Part shown: positions 55,370-63,791 of the stretch, piece after piece
Numbering within the stretch: the first letter of the stretch is position 1
Layout: each line of letters begins with the position of its first letter
Assembly (NCBI GenBank): GCA_963753505.1
Contig: CAVWCK010000002.1
Location: 205,659 to 269,658 of the forward strand
Length of the DNA: 64,000 bases
From: an uncultured Actinomycetota bacterium
GTDB lineage: Bacteria > Actinomycetota > Actinomycetes > Mycobacteriales > Mycobacteriaceae
Reading direction: 5' to 3'
The notes under the pieces: generated by a model
Told to the model about the DNA's origin: nothing
The model's input: the letters and a program-made list of their open reading frames with translations, nothing else
Database searches by the model: none
Program-made: the position numbers and the translations under genes

Positions 55370-55813
55370 ATGTCTACCCCGCATCACGGTCCTTCGGCAT
55401 CGCCGGAGTCGCTCATCGAACCCACCGACTGCCACACGGCGCACTTCGCCACCCGATGGCTGCATCCGTCAATGGCGGTCATCACCGCGCACGGCGAACT
55501 CGACGCGGCAAATGCGCAGCCGTTTGTCGACTACGCGCTGCGCCACGCCGCCCACACCGATCGCCTGGTATTGGATCTGACCGGTGTGGAGTTCTTCGGC
55601 ACCGCGGGCTTCTCGGCCCTGCATACCCTGAACGTCCGCTGCGCCGCGGAGAAGATCCAGTGGGCCCTTGCCCCCAGCCCGGCCGTCAGCCGGCTGCTGC
55701 GCATCTGCGATCCGGATTCGGCGTTGCCGATCTGCACCAGTGTCGAGACGGCGCTTTCGGCCGTGCAGGGTGAGCCGCGCCGGCTACTGCAACTGGTCTC
55801 GAAGCCGCGCTAA
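55370..55813 (+). CDS. STAS-domain anti-anti-sigma factor 1
   Basis: RBS GGAG; ITAHGELDA, LVLDLTGVEFFGTAGF, AVSRLLRICD. Confidence 0.85.
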   Translation: MSTPHHGPSASPESLIEPTDCHTAHFATRWLHPSMAVITAHGELDAANAQPFVDYALRHAAHTDRLVLDLTGVEFFGTAGFSALHTLNVRCAAEKIQWALAPSPAVSRLLRICDPDSALPICTSVETALSAVQGEPRRLLQLVSKPR

Positions 55814-56569
55814 GGATTTCGCCAACAAGCGGGATACGTGCATCTGCGAGATGCCGACCCGCTCAGCGATCTGCGTCTGCGTCAGCGACTCGAAGAACCG
55901 CAACAGCAGCACCGTCCGCTCCCGCTCCGGCAACGCAGCGAGCAAGGGCCGCAACGCTTCCCGGTTCTCGATCTGATCCAGGCCCAAATCGACATCGCCG
56001 AGCGTGTCGGCAATCGCAGGCGCATCCTCGCTGCCGCTGCCGCCACTGTCGATTGACAGCGTGTTGTAGGAGCTGCCCGCGACCAGGCCCTCGATCACCT
56101 CGTCACGGTCCATGTCCAGTTCAGCGGCGAGCTCCGTCGCGGTGGGCGCGCGGCCGAGCCGCTGTGAGAGGTCGGCCGTGGCGGCGCCGAGCCGCAGATG
56201 CAGTTCCTTGAGCCGGCGCGGCACCTTGACCGACCAGCTGTTGTCGCGGAAGTGCCTGCGAACCTCGCCCATGATGGTTGGCACCGCGAAGGACACGAAA
56301 TCGGACCCAGCGTTGACGTCGAACCGGATCACCGCGTTGACCAGACCCACCCGGGCCACCTGCACGAGGTCGTCACGCGCCTCCCCACGTCCGTCGAACC
56401 TGCGGGCGATGTGGTCGGCCAACGGCAGGCATCGCTCCACGATCCGGTCACGCTGGCGTTGGAACTGCGCAGACGAGTCCGGCAGATCCTCAAGCTCGCG
56501 AAACATGTCAGCGACGTCCGCGTATTCAGAGTTCGGTCGTGACGAACCCTGGGTCGACGACGGCGTCAC
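55784..56569 (-). CDS. sigF: RNA polymerase sigma factor F (SigB/SigF group)
   Basis: DDLVQVARVGL..AV.RFD, FAVPTIMGEVRRHFRD, TQTQIAERVGISQMHVSRLL. Confidence 0.97.
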   Translation of the reverse strand: MTPSSTQGSSRPNSEYADVADMFRELEDLPDSSAQFQRQRDRIVERCLPLADHIARRFDGRGEARDDLVQVARVGLVNAVIRFDVNAGSDFVSFAVPTIMGEVRRHFRDNSWSVKVPRRLKELHLRLGAATADLSQRLGRAPTATELAAELDMDRDEVIEGLVAGSSYNTLSIDSGGSGSEDAPAIADTLGDVDLGLDQIENREALRPLLAALPERERTVLLLRFFESLTQTQIAERVGISQMHVSRLLAKSLARLRDQLQ

Positions 56570-57000
56570 CGCAGCGAACTCGCTCGCCTCGTCGTCATGG
56601 AGATCCCGAACACCTGCCCCTCCTCGGGGCCCTGCCCGTTTTGGAAGGTGCGCACCTCGTCGGTCAACGAGCTCAGCACGTGCCAGCTGAAGCTGCCCGG
56701 TGCCAAAATGTCCGGGCTCTTACACGTGGCGGACGCGTCGATAACCACAGCGTCGTCTCGCGGATCGATTACGAGAAGCAGTGTCGAGTCCGGAACGGCC
56801 GACCGGATCAGCCGGGTGCAGGCTTCGTCGACGGCGAGGCGCAGGTCGGCGACGGCGTCGAAATCGAGGTCCTCGAACGTGCCGACGGCGGCCACCAGGG
56901 TGCGCAGCACCGCGAGGTTCTCCAGCCTGGCAGCGACGCGGAGTTCAACCGAACGCCCCCGCCTCAGCTGCCCGTTTTCTGTATTCGCTACGTCGGCCAT
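56566..57000 (-). CDS. rsbW: Anti-sigma-F factor (RsbW/UsfX)
   Basis: ATG 57000 after GGAGG; VELRVAARLENL, DLRLAVDEACT, FSWHVL; ATGA-coupled to sigF. Confidence 0.93.
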   Translation of the reverse strand: MADVANTENGQLRRGRSVELRVAARLENLAVLRTLVAAVGTFEDLDFDAVADLRLAVDEACTRLIRSAVPDSTLLLVIDPRDDAVVIDASATCKSPDILAPGSFSWHVLSSLTDEVRTFQNGQGPEEGQVFGISMTTRRASSLR

Positions 57001-57029
57001 GTGACCTCCCGGCAATATCCTGGCGAGAC

Positions 57030-57055
57030 TACCCCAGGTCGGCTCCCAGCTAACC
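57030..57055 (-). promoter_or_regulatory. SigF-type promoter of rsbW-sigF
   Basis: Minus strand GGTTA, N16, GGGTA. Confidence 0.6.
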
Positions 57056-57121
57056 ACCGGCGCTCCGATGACCGGGCGAGGCAGACGTGTGGCAATGGTG
57101 AGGGCGGGGTAATCCCTCGTC

Positions 57122-57280
57122 ATGGAGATTGCACCACGGAATCAGGTCCACGACGCGACCGATACCGGGCCGCTGCAGCGGATACTCATCGCCACCGGCC
57201 TGGTTCTTGTCGTGCTGATCCTGGCAGCGGTGGCGATATACGCCGGCGCGTTCATCATGCTGGCGCCGATGATGCAGTGA
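57122..57280 (+). CDS. Small single-TM protein (52 aa), not in the ORF track
   Basis: MEIAPRNQVHDATDTGPLQRILIATGLVLVVLILAAVAIYAGAFIMLAPMMQ; GGGTA 10 nt upstream (CGTGT, N16, GGGTA). Confidence 0.6.
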   Translation: MEIAPRNQVHDATDTGPLQRILIATGLVLVVLILAAVAIYAGAFIMLAPMMQ

Positions 57281-57344
57281 CGCCGATGACGAAAGGATCG
57301 AGACAGCGCGCATTGATGTCCAATTCACCATGGTCCACGTGCAA

Positions 57345-57370
57345 TACCCCGCCCTGGCTACCCGTCAAAC
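57345..57370 (-). promoter_or_regulatory. Minus-strand SigF-type promoter abutting the topIB start, pointing toward rsbW-sigF
   Basis: GTTT (57367-57370), N17, GGGTA (57345-57349). Confidence 0.5.
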
Positions 57371-58387
57371 ATGCGACTACGCCGTAGCGCCGTCCGCGGT
57401 CCCGGAATACGACGGATACGGCGGGGGCGCGGGTTCTCCTATCAGAATCCAGACGGCACCCCGGTTACCGATAAGCAATCGCAGCAACGCATCAAAGACC
57501 TCGTGATTCCACCCGCGTGGAAGAGGGTGTGGATCTGCCCGTATCCGAACGGGCACATCCAGGCGATCGGTACCGACGCCGCGGGCCGCCGCCAGTACCT
57601 CTACCACCAGAGGTGGCAGGAGGAACGCAACGAGGAGAAGTTCGACCGGGTTCTCGAGATGTCCGCCGCGCTGCCCGACATGCGACGGCAGATCGCCGCA
57701 GACCTTCGGGGCCGCGGCCTGGCGCGCGATCGGGTGCTAGCGCTCGCCCTGCACCTGCTCGATCTCGGCTACTTCCGGGCGGGCAGCGAGCAATACGCCG
57801 AGGAGAACAACTCGTACGGCATCGCCACGCTGCTGTGCGAGCACGTATCGCTGCAGAAGCAGGCCGTCGAGTTCGACTATCCCGCGAAGAGCGGGGTGCG
57901 TCGCACCCTGTTGATCGACGATCCGGAGGTGGTCCGGTCCGTGCGGGCACTGCTGCGCCGCCGCGGCCGAACCGACCGACTCCTGGTGTGCCGCAACAGT
58001 TCCGGCTGGATCGACCTTCATGCCGACGACCTCAACGCGCGGTTCAAAGAGCTCGTCGGCGACGAGTACACGGTCAAGGATCTGCGCACCTGGCACGGCA
58101 CGGTGCTGGGTGCCGCGGCCTTCGTCGATGCGGACCCTCCAGTGAACAAGACCGTGATCAAACGTGTGGAGTCGGCCGTGATGAAAGAAGTGGCAGAAGA
58201 ACTCGGCAACACCCCGGCGGTGGCCCGCTCGTCGTACGTCGATCCCCGGGTGGTCGAGGGTTACGAAGCCGGGCTGACCATCGCCGCGGGAGTTCGGCGC
58301 GCCGGGCGCGTCAGAAAACCCAGCGAGCGCCAGGCCATCCTGGAGAGCAGCACAGGGCGGCTGATCCGCAAGGTGGCTAAGGGTTAG
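57371..58387 (+). CDS. DNA topoisomerase IB (bacterial, poxvirus-like)
   Basis: IPPAW..VWIC, HIQAIGTDAAGRRQYLYH, FRAG, PAKSG, KDLRTW, LGNTPAVARSSY (R, K, R, N, Y pentad). Confidence 0.94.
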   Translation: MRLRRSAVRGPGIRRIRRGRGFSYQNPDGTPVTDKQSQQRIKDLVIPPAWKRVWICPYPNGHIQAIGTDAAGRRQYLYHQRWQEERNEEKFDRVLEMSAALPDMRRQIAADLRGRGLARDRVLALALHLLDLGYFRAGSEQYAEENNSYGIATLLCEHVSLQKQAVEFDYPAKSGVRRTLLIDDPEVVRSVRALLRRRGRTDRLLVCRNSSGWIDLHADDLNARFKELVGDEYTVKDLRTWHGTVLGAAAFVDADPPVNKTVIKRVESAVMKEVAEELGNTPAVARSSYVDPRVVEGYEAGLTIAAGVRRAGRVRKPSERQAILESSTGRLIRKVAKG

Positions 58388-59585
58388 CCGGAAGCACGGT
58401 CGGCGGCCCGCCGCTGCGAACCGACATCGACTTGTCGTAGAGCCGTACAGTGTCGGCGGCGATCCGGTCCCATGTGTAGCGGACGACGGCACGGTCGCGC
58501 CCCGCGGCACCGAGGCTGCGTCGCAGGAAGGAATCTCGCAGCAGCGCGTTCATTGAGGTCGCGAGTGTTCTCGGATCGTCGGGCGCAATCAGATAGCCGG
58601 TCACATCGTGAACGACTGTGTCGACCAACGCCCCCACCGCGCTGGCAACGACGGGAACGCCGCAGGCCATCGCCTCCAGCGCAACGATGCCGGACGGATC
58701 GTAGGACGGCGTGCAGGCAACAAGGTCTGCTGACCGCAGCAGAGCCGGCATGTCGGCGATCGTCGCCGCTGGATGCAGCCGCAGTCGGTCGGCAACCCCC
58801 AAACGCTCGGCCAGACCGCGAATTGTCACGTTTCCGGACTGCGGATCGTCGTCATCCGGACCGCCGATTATGAGGAATTCAGCGTCGGGGATATACGGCA
58901 GGGCCCGAATCACTGCATCGAAACCGTTGTGCGGCAGCAGCTTCCCGACACCGACGATGCGTGACTGGCCGTCACGGGGTGCCTGCGGACCGTCGGGCGT
59001 GAATAGGTCGATGTCCACACCAGACGGAATCACTGAGGTGCCTTGGCGTGGCCGGCCCATCCGAATCAATTCGAACGCCTCGTCAGTGCTGCTGGCCGAG
59101 ACCGACGTCGCGGCTTTGGCCAACTTTGACTCCAAACTGGCCCGCACCCCATCTCTGCCCAATCCATGAAACCGCAGCACCATAGGCAGCCGAAGCTGGC
59201 GAGCCACGAGCTGGGCCACGATGCCGGACATCCAGAAATGAGCATGAATGAGATCGGGGCCGCCCCTGGTCCACGTTGCCGCCAGGTATTGCGCGAACGG
59301 GCCCATGGCGCGCAGAAGTTCAACTTCGGTGAGGCGCTTGGGCGGACCGGCTGGTACGTGGACCACGTTGTAGCCCTGCGCTGTTTCGACAGTGTCGGGC
59401 AAATCGGGATCATCACGGCGGGTATACACGGTCACCCGGTGCCCTCGGCGGGCAAGCGCAGCGGATAGCTCCGCGACATGAACGCTCTGCTCGCCCGCAC
59501 CTGCGTGAGTTAACACCGCGAGCGGGCTCGCTTGCGCCGAGACCATCGCGATATTCGCGGGCAGCTCCAATACCGGTGGGACCAC
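58377..59585 (-). CDS. Glycosyltransferase family 4 (MshA-like stress GT); start approximate
   Basis: IAMVSAQASPLA...HVAELS.ALARRGH, HAHFWMSG, GIVALEAMACGVPVVAS. The ORF-track start at 60098 is over-extended. Confidence 0.88.
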   Translation of the reverse strand: MVPPVLELPANIAMVSAQASPLAVLTHAGAGEQSVHVAELSAALARRGHRVTVYTRRDDPDLPDTVETAQGYNVVHVPAGPPKRLTEVELLRAMGPFAQYLAATWTRGGPDLIHAHFWMSGIVAQLVARQLRLPMVLRFHGLGRDGVRASLESKLAKAATSVSASSTDEAFELIRMGRPRQGTSVIPSGVDIDLFTPDGPQAPRDGQSRIVGVGKLLPHNGFDAVIRALPYIPDAEFLIIGGPDDDDPQSGNVTIRGLAERLGVADRLRLHPAATIADMPALLRSADLVACTPSYDPSGIVALEAMACGVPVVASAVGALVDTVVHDVTGYLIAPDDPRTLATSMNALLRDSFLRRSLGAAGRDRAVVRYTWDRIAADTVRLYDKSMSVRSGGPPTVLPANP

Positions 59586-59594
59586 AACACCGGA

Positions 59595-59661
59595 TACCCA
59601 AGACATCTGGCGCACAAAACGTTCGATCGCGGGCCGGTTTTCAGCGACAAAGCGCGGGGTA
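59595..59661. promoter_or_regulatory. Back-to-back divergent SigF promoters
   Basis: Minus: GTTT (59617-59620), N17, GGGTA (59595-59599). Plus: GGTTT (59636-59640), N16, GGGTA (59657-59661). Confidence 0.75.
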
Positions 59662-59671
59662 TTCCGACGCC

Positions 59672-59878
59672 GTGCAAGGCAGCGAAGATTTTCCCGACGA
59701 CGTCCCCGTCGCTGACGCCTACGAGCAACAGCGCACAACCGTCGAGCCAGTGCCCGATGAAGAGGCCTCCGCCGCACCTCCCAGTGACGTGCCGCTGGAG
59801 GCCACTGCGGCCGATTGGCAGGAGCAGCTCGAGACCGTCGAGCTGGACCCAGACGAGGACGTGCCCACCGATGACTGA
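59672..59878 (+). CDS. Small acidic hypothetical protein (68 aa)
   Basis: GTG 10 nt after the SigF -10; 22 of 68 residues D/E; its 3' end overlaps the SDR start. Confidence 0.65.
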   Translation: MQGSEDFPDDVPVADAYEQQRTTVEPVPDEEASAAPPSDVPLEATAADWQEQLETVELDPDEDVPTDD

Positions 59879-60716
59879 ACCCGACGGTGTGATCCCGTAT
59901 CCCGGGCAGACCTCGGATATGGCCGACAAGCCGCGAGACGAGATGCGCGACTATGTCGGTCGGGACTTGCTTGAGGGCAAGCGAGCGCTGATCACCGGTG
60001 GGGACTCCGGAATCGGGCGCGCCGTGGCGGTGGCCTTCGCGAAGGAGGGCGCCGATGTTGCAATCGCCTATCTGGAGGAGCACGACGACGCCGCGCACAC
60101 CGCGTCATTGGTCGAACAGGCGGGCCGGCGCTCCGCGCGGTTTCCCGGCGATCTGGCAGAACCCAAGCAATGCAGATCGATCGTTGCGCGCACCGTCGAA
60201 ACGCTCGGCGGGCTGGACATTTTGGTGAACAACGTCGCGTACCAGAACCCAACCGAGAACTTCACCGACATCGCCGATGAGCAGTGGCGCCGCACCTTCG
60301 CAGTGAACATCGACAGCTTCTTTCATGTCACAAAAGCCGCGCTCAATCACATCCCGGACGGTGGAGCGATCATCAACACGGGCTCGATCAACGGACTGCG
60401 CGGAAACAAGACGCTTATCGACTATTCGGCGACCAAGGGCGCGGTGCTGGCGTTGACCTACTCGCTGGCTCAGTCGTTGAGTGACCGCGGTATCCGCGTG
60501 AACTGTGTCGCCCCCGGTCCGGTATGGACGCCGCTGATCCCGGCAACCATGGACGCAGAAAGGGTCGAATCCTTTGGCGGCCATACACCATTCGGCCGCC
60601 CAGCCCAGCCAGACGAAATCGCGCCCTCCTACGTGTTTTTCGCCGCAGGGAAGTTGTCTTCCTATTACAGTGGCGAAGTGCTCGCTCCCGTCGGGGGTGA
60701 AACACTTCCAGGCTGA
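59871..60716 (+). CDS. General-stress SDR oxidoreductase (YdaD/YhxC-like)
   Basis: LEGKRALITGGDSGIGRAVA, LVNN, YSATK, RVNCVAPGPVWTPL, GRPAQPDEIA. Confidence 0.92.
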   Translation: MTEPDGVIPYPGQTSDMADKPRDEMRDYVGRDLLEGKRALITGGDSGIGRAVAVAFAKEGADVAIAYLEEHDDAAHTASLVEQAGRRSARFPGDLAEPKQCRSIVARTVETLGGLDILVNNVAYQNPTENFTDIADEQWRRTFAVNIDSFFHVTKAALNHIPDGGAIINTGSINGLRGNKTLIDYSATKGAVLALTYSLAQSLSDRGIRVNCVAPGPVWTPLIPATMDAERVESFGGHTPFGRPAQPDEIAPSYVFFAAGKLSSYYSGEVLAPVGGETLPG

Positions 60717-61075
60717 CGGGAGCAGCGATGGAAGAGCGAGGTGAGCGCTTGCGGCACTCGCTTCTGGGGTACGAACGCCCTGGCGCCACCGCGCCGGTGA
60801 TGCTGGCGGCGCTGCTTCGCTGGCGTCATCGGGGCACCTTCCTCGCGGCCCGGGACGACGTGGCGCGAGTGGGGTCGGACCTAGTCACGCTGCGTACTGG
60901 CTACACGCGGTATTCCGCGGTGTTGCGCAGCACAGACTGATCGCGGCGTTTAGCCAGTCCGGCCGGGGGGAAACCAAAGTATTGCGTGGGGAGATCGCCT
61001 CGTGCGGCCCGTATGGGCCCCGCGCGTAAGTAGTGGGTATCAAGACCGATCCACGCCAGTAGCGGAAAGGTAAGC

Positions 61076-61321
61076 ATGACCGAGAAGAAGAACACTGGCC
61101 CAGAAGAAGGCGTCAAGGGCGTCGTCGAGGACGTCAAGGGTAAGGCCAAGGAAGCGGTCGGCACCGTGACAGGCCGTGATGACATGGTCCGCGAGGGTAA
61201 GGCCCAGCAGGACAAGGCCGATGCCCAGCGGGACGTTGCCAAGAAGGAAGCGCAGGCCGAGTCGGCTCGCGGCGGCGCCAAGGCTGCTGAGAAACGCCAG
61301 GAGGCCGAGCAGCGGCCGTAA
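61076..61321 (+). CDS. CsbD-family stress protein
   Basis: GVKGVVEDVKGKAKEAVGTVTGRDDMVREGKAQQDKA; RBS GGAAAGG. Confidence 0.88.
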   Translation: MTEKKNTGPEEGVKGVVEDVKGKAKEAVGTVTGRDDMVREGKAQQDKADAQRDVAKKEAQAESARGGAKAAEKRQEAEQRP

Positions 61322-61332
61322 CCGTCAGGCAC

Positions 61333-61371
61333 AGAAAAGACCCAGCCGGATTTGCCGGCTGGGTCTTTTCT
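61333..61371. terminator. Bidirectional intrinsic terminator between csbD-like and usfY
   Basis: 17-bp perfect inverted repeat AGAAAAGACCCAGCCGG-ATTTG-CCGGCTGGGTCTTTTCT, with U tracts on both strands. Confidence 0.88.
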
Positions 61372-61379
61372 TGTGGGCG

Positions 61380-61688
61380 TCAACTACTGGGATGCTGTCG
61401 CTCCGCATCGGGATGCTCTGCGTACCAACGCTCTTCGACCCGGCGCACGCGCATGTGCTCTATGAGCAGCCACGCCGCGCCGATGATGAACCCGGCGCCG
61501 GCCAGTGATGCCAGCGTCAGTCCGACGTCATGGTGCTTGGTGGCGAACGCCGCAAGGCACGACACGAACAGCACCAGGGCGATGCCAATCACGATGAGCC
61601 CCGGCATTATCTTGTTGTCCTTCATCGACTCGCCGGCGTGCGGCCGCGTTGTCCTCGCGTGGTCGACGGGATCCTTCGGGCCCTTCAT
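61380..61688 (-). CDS. usfY: UsfY-like membrane protein
   Basis: DPVDHARTTRPHAGES, two TMs, EH.RVRRVEERWYAEHP; RBS GAGGAG. Confidence 0.85.
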   Translation of the reverse strand: MKGPKDPVDHARTTRPHAGESMKDNKIMPGLIVIGIALVLFVSCLAAFATKHHDVGLTLASLAGAGFIIGAAWLLIEHMRVRRVEERWYAEHPDAERQHPSS

Positions 61689-61790
61689 CGGTACTCCTCT
61701 CTCGGCATACCTAACGCCCGCCAAACTTGGGCTGATTCAACGGTAGATCTACCCGACTGCGTTGTGGGAGAAACGCCACGGAACGTGATG

Positions 61791-62417
61791 TCACTGATAC
61801 GGCGGATACTGCGCGCCACGCAGCACGCCCGCGAGACATGCAGCATTGCGGGCGGCCGCCGCGGTCGCTTTGGCCACCGCCTCGGGTACCTCGTCGAGGT
61901 CCTGGTAGTCCTTGGACTGCATCGCCTCGCCGTTCCAATAGGTGCAGCCCTGCGCTGGAATGGTGAAGCCGATGTCGTTGAGGCCCTGGAAGCAGTCGGC
62001 AACGATCTTGTGCGCGCCGTCCTCGTTGCCCACGACAGCGACGACGGCAACCTTGCCGAGCATGACCGGCCGCCCGGCGTCGTCGGTATTGGACAACTCG
62101 GCGTCAAGGCGTTCGAGAACACGTTGGGCGACGCTGGACGGGTGGCCCAGCCAGACCGGGGTGGCAAGTATGAGGATGTCGGCGTCCAGGATCCGTTGGC
62201 GGATTTTCGGCCACTCATCACCGTCGCCCATGTCGGCCTCGATGCCAGGCAGGATCGCGTAATCGACCATCCGCAGCGCATCGGTCTTAACCCCCGCATC
62301 GCGCAGCTTTTCACAGACGTGCTCGGCCATCAGCGCGCTGCTCGAGGACGCGGGGCTGCGTTTGAGACTGCACACCAGCGCCAGCGCAGAAAGGGGTCCT
62401 TCTGGATCCTCGGGCAC
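61791..62417 (-). CDS. Flavodoxin-like NAD(P)H-dependent FMN reductase family protein
   Basis: LVCSLK, ADILILATPVWLG..SS, VVGNEDGAH, YWNGEAM; GTG 11 nt after the SigF -10. Confidence 0.88.
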   Translation of the reverse strand: MPEDPEGPLSALALVCSLKRSPASSSSALMAEHVCEKLRDAGVKTDALRMVDYAILPGIEADMGDGDEWPKIRQRILDADILILATPVWLGHPSSVAQRVLERLDAELSNTDDAGRPVMLGKVAVVAVVGNEDGAHKIVADCFQGLNDIGFTIPAQGCTYWNGEAMQSKDYQDLDEVPEAVAKATAAAARNAACLAGVLRGAQYPPYQ

Positions 62418-62428
62418 GCGGGTACGGC

Positions 62429-62452
62429 TACCCGGTTGATAGCCCGTCAAAC
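62429..62452 (-). promoter_or_regulatory. SigF promoter of the flavodoxin-like gene
   Basis: GTTT (62449-62452), N15, GGGTA (62429-62433). Confidence 0.65.
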
Positions 62453-62812
62453 GATTCGCAGGTGGTGGCGGATTCCACATTTTGTGGCGGATCCGAGAAG
62501 CGAACGCCGCTGCAAGGCAGCAGCAGTCATCGCATCTCCACAGCGCACACTTCGCGACGAAATCCGCCGTTGGCTGCCAGCCCGTTGGCCGTCATGCGAT
62601 TTTCTGCGCCGCCCGACAGTGGTCAAACAGCCAGCTAGACACTCATGACCGAGATTTTCAGCATCCTGCTACGTAATTCGTACTATCCTCCATATTGGTT
62701 GAGCTCCCAGCCCGCCGGACGCGCCCAGAGCGCTTGATCAAGGTTCCCGGGCCAGCGAAGCCGTCCGACGAACCCGACCGATGCCTATGCAATACAACTT
62801 GGGGGTTGAGCG

Positions 62813-63253
62813 ATGGCCGCTGTCGGCACCACCAGGATCTTCCGCCCGGACCCTGTCTCTGCGACCGAACTGCAACGGTGTGGCAGAGCAACTTTCGCTG
62901 TGCGCCACCCGTCTTCGACCCGGGCGGCTGTGGCCGTCGTCGGCGAGATCGACGCCGTCAACGGCCGGGCGCTGGGGCGCTACGTCGAGCGGCATACCGG
63001 CATATCCCGACAACTCGTGCTGGACCTGCGCGCCGTCGACTTCTTCGGAACTCAAGCCTTCACCGCGCTGTATTACATCAGCGTGCATTGCGCCCGCAGC
63101 GATGTGGATTGGATTATCGTCGGCAGCCATCCGGTCCGGCGTCTGCTGTCAATCTGTGACCCCAGCGGTGAGTTGCCGTTTGTTGACGATCTTCCTTCGG
63201 CGCTAGTGCGACTTGATCGCCTGGCGCAGTGTCACGTCGCACCGGCGGGGTGA
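62813..63253 (+). CDS. STAS-domain anti-anti-sigma factor 2
   Basis: VAVVGEIDA, LVLDLRAVDFFGTQAF, PVRRLLSICDP; paralogue of 55370-55813. Confidence 0.82.
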   Translation: MAAVGTTRIFRPDPVSATELQRCGRATFAVRHPSSTRAAVAVVGEIDAVNGRALGRYVERHTGISRQLVLDLRAVDFFGTQAFTALYYISVHCARSDVDWIIVGSHPVRRLLSICDPSGELPFVDDLPSALVRLDRLAQCHVAPAG

Positions 63254-63333
63254 GTCGGGGAGCCTCGCGCACTCGGCTGAAGGATCGGCTGCGTTCAAGC
63301 GACGCCCTGCGGATACGCAGGCGCCGAGTCAGA

Positions 63334-63705
63334 TCATCCGCCGAACAAAGCCGGCCCAGCCAAGACCGGCATGCTCGTGGTCAGCACCAGAAGCATCATC
63401 GTGAACAGGAACCAGCCCGCGCCCTGCCATGCCCACCACGTCTCGCGGTTGCGCCACGTCTGATACGTGCGGACGAAGGCCCGCAGGCCGCCGATCAACA
63501 GGATGACCGGCGCCCCGACCGCGAGCAGGGCTCGCTGGGGCACGCCGCAGGCCGCCGTGTCGGCTGTTGCGCCGTTACATGTGCTGACCCAGGCGACGGC
63601 CACGACGAGAAAGGCCGCCCCGAGGACCGCGACCACCACGCCGAAGCGCACGGCCTCGCGGACGTTTGCCTCGTCGTGCCGCAAATCGTTGGGATTCTGA
63701 TGCAC
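63334..63705 (-). CDS. Membrane protein, Rv3289c-like
   Basis: VREAVRFGVV, STC...TAACG.PQR, RTYQTWR...WWAWQGAGWFL. Confidence 0.82.
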   Translation of the reverse strand: MHQNPNDLRHDEANVREAVRFGVVVAVLGAAFLVVAVAWVSTCNGATADTAACGVPQRALLAVGAPVILLIGGLRAFVRTYQTWRNRETWWAWQGAGWFLFTMMLLVLTTSMPVLAGPALFGG

Positions 63706-63791
63706 AGCCACCTGCCCGCACTCCCGAATTCGCTAGTAGCCGCCCGTACTGGACGAAGAGCAGAATTCCCTAGCTTGAGAGCGAATAAACG

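Noticed and set aside
57050-57331. 93-aa minus-strand ORF downstream of the antisense SigF promoter
   Set aside because: It overlaps the better-looking 52-aa TM ORF on the other strand and has no protein-like features.
60728-60940. 70-aa ORF after the SDR
   Set aside because: It has a possible RBS but no recognisable motif, and its start overlaps a partial copy of the 22-bp junction repeat. Not supportable without conservation data.
60948-61039. SigF promoter for the CsbD-like gene
   Set aside because: GGGTA at 61035 has no correctly spaced -35. The alternative GTTT-N16-GGGAA at 60948-60972 has a non-consensus -10. Left uncalled.
61708-61726. SigF-like promoter for usfY (GTTT...AGGTA)
   Set aside because: The spacer is only 10 nt, incompatible with the 15-17 nt seen at the other sites.
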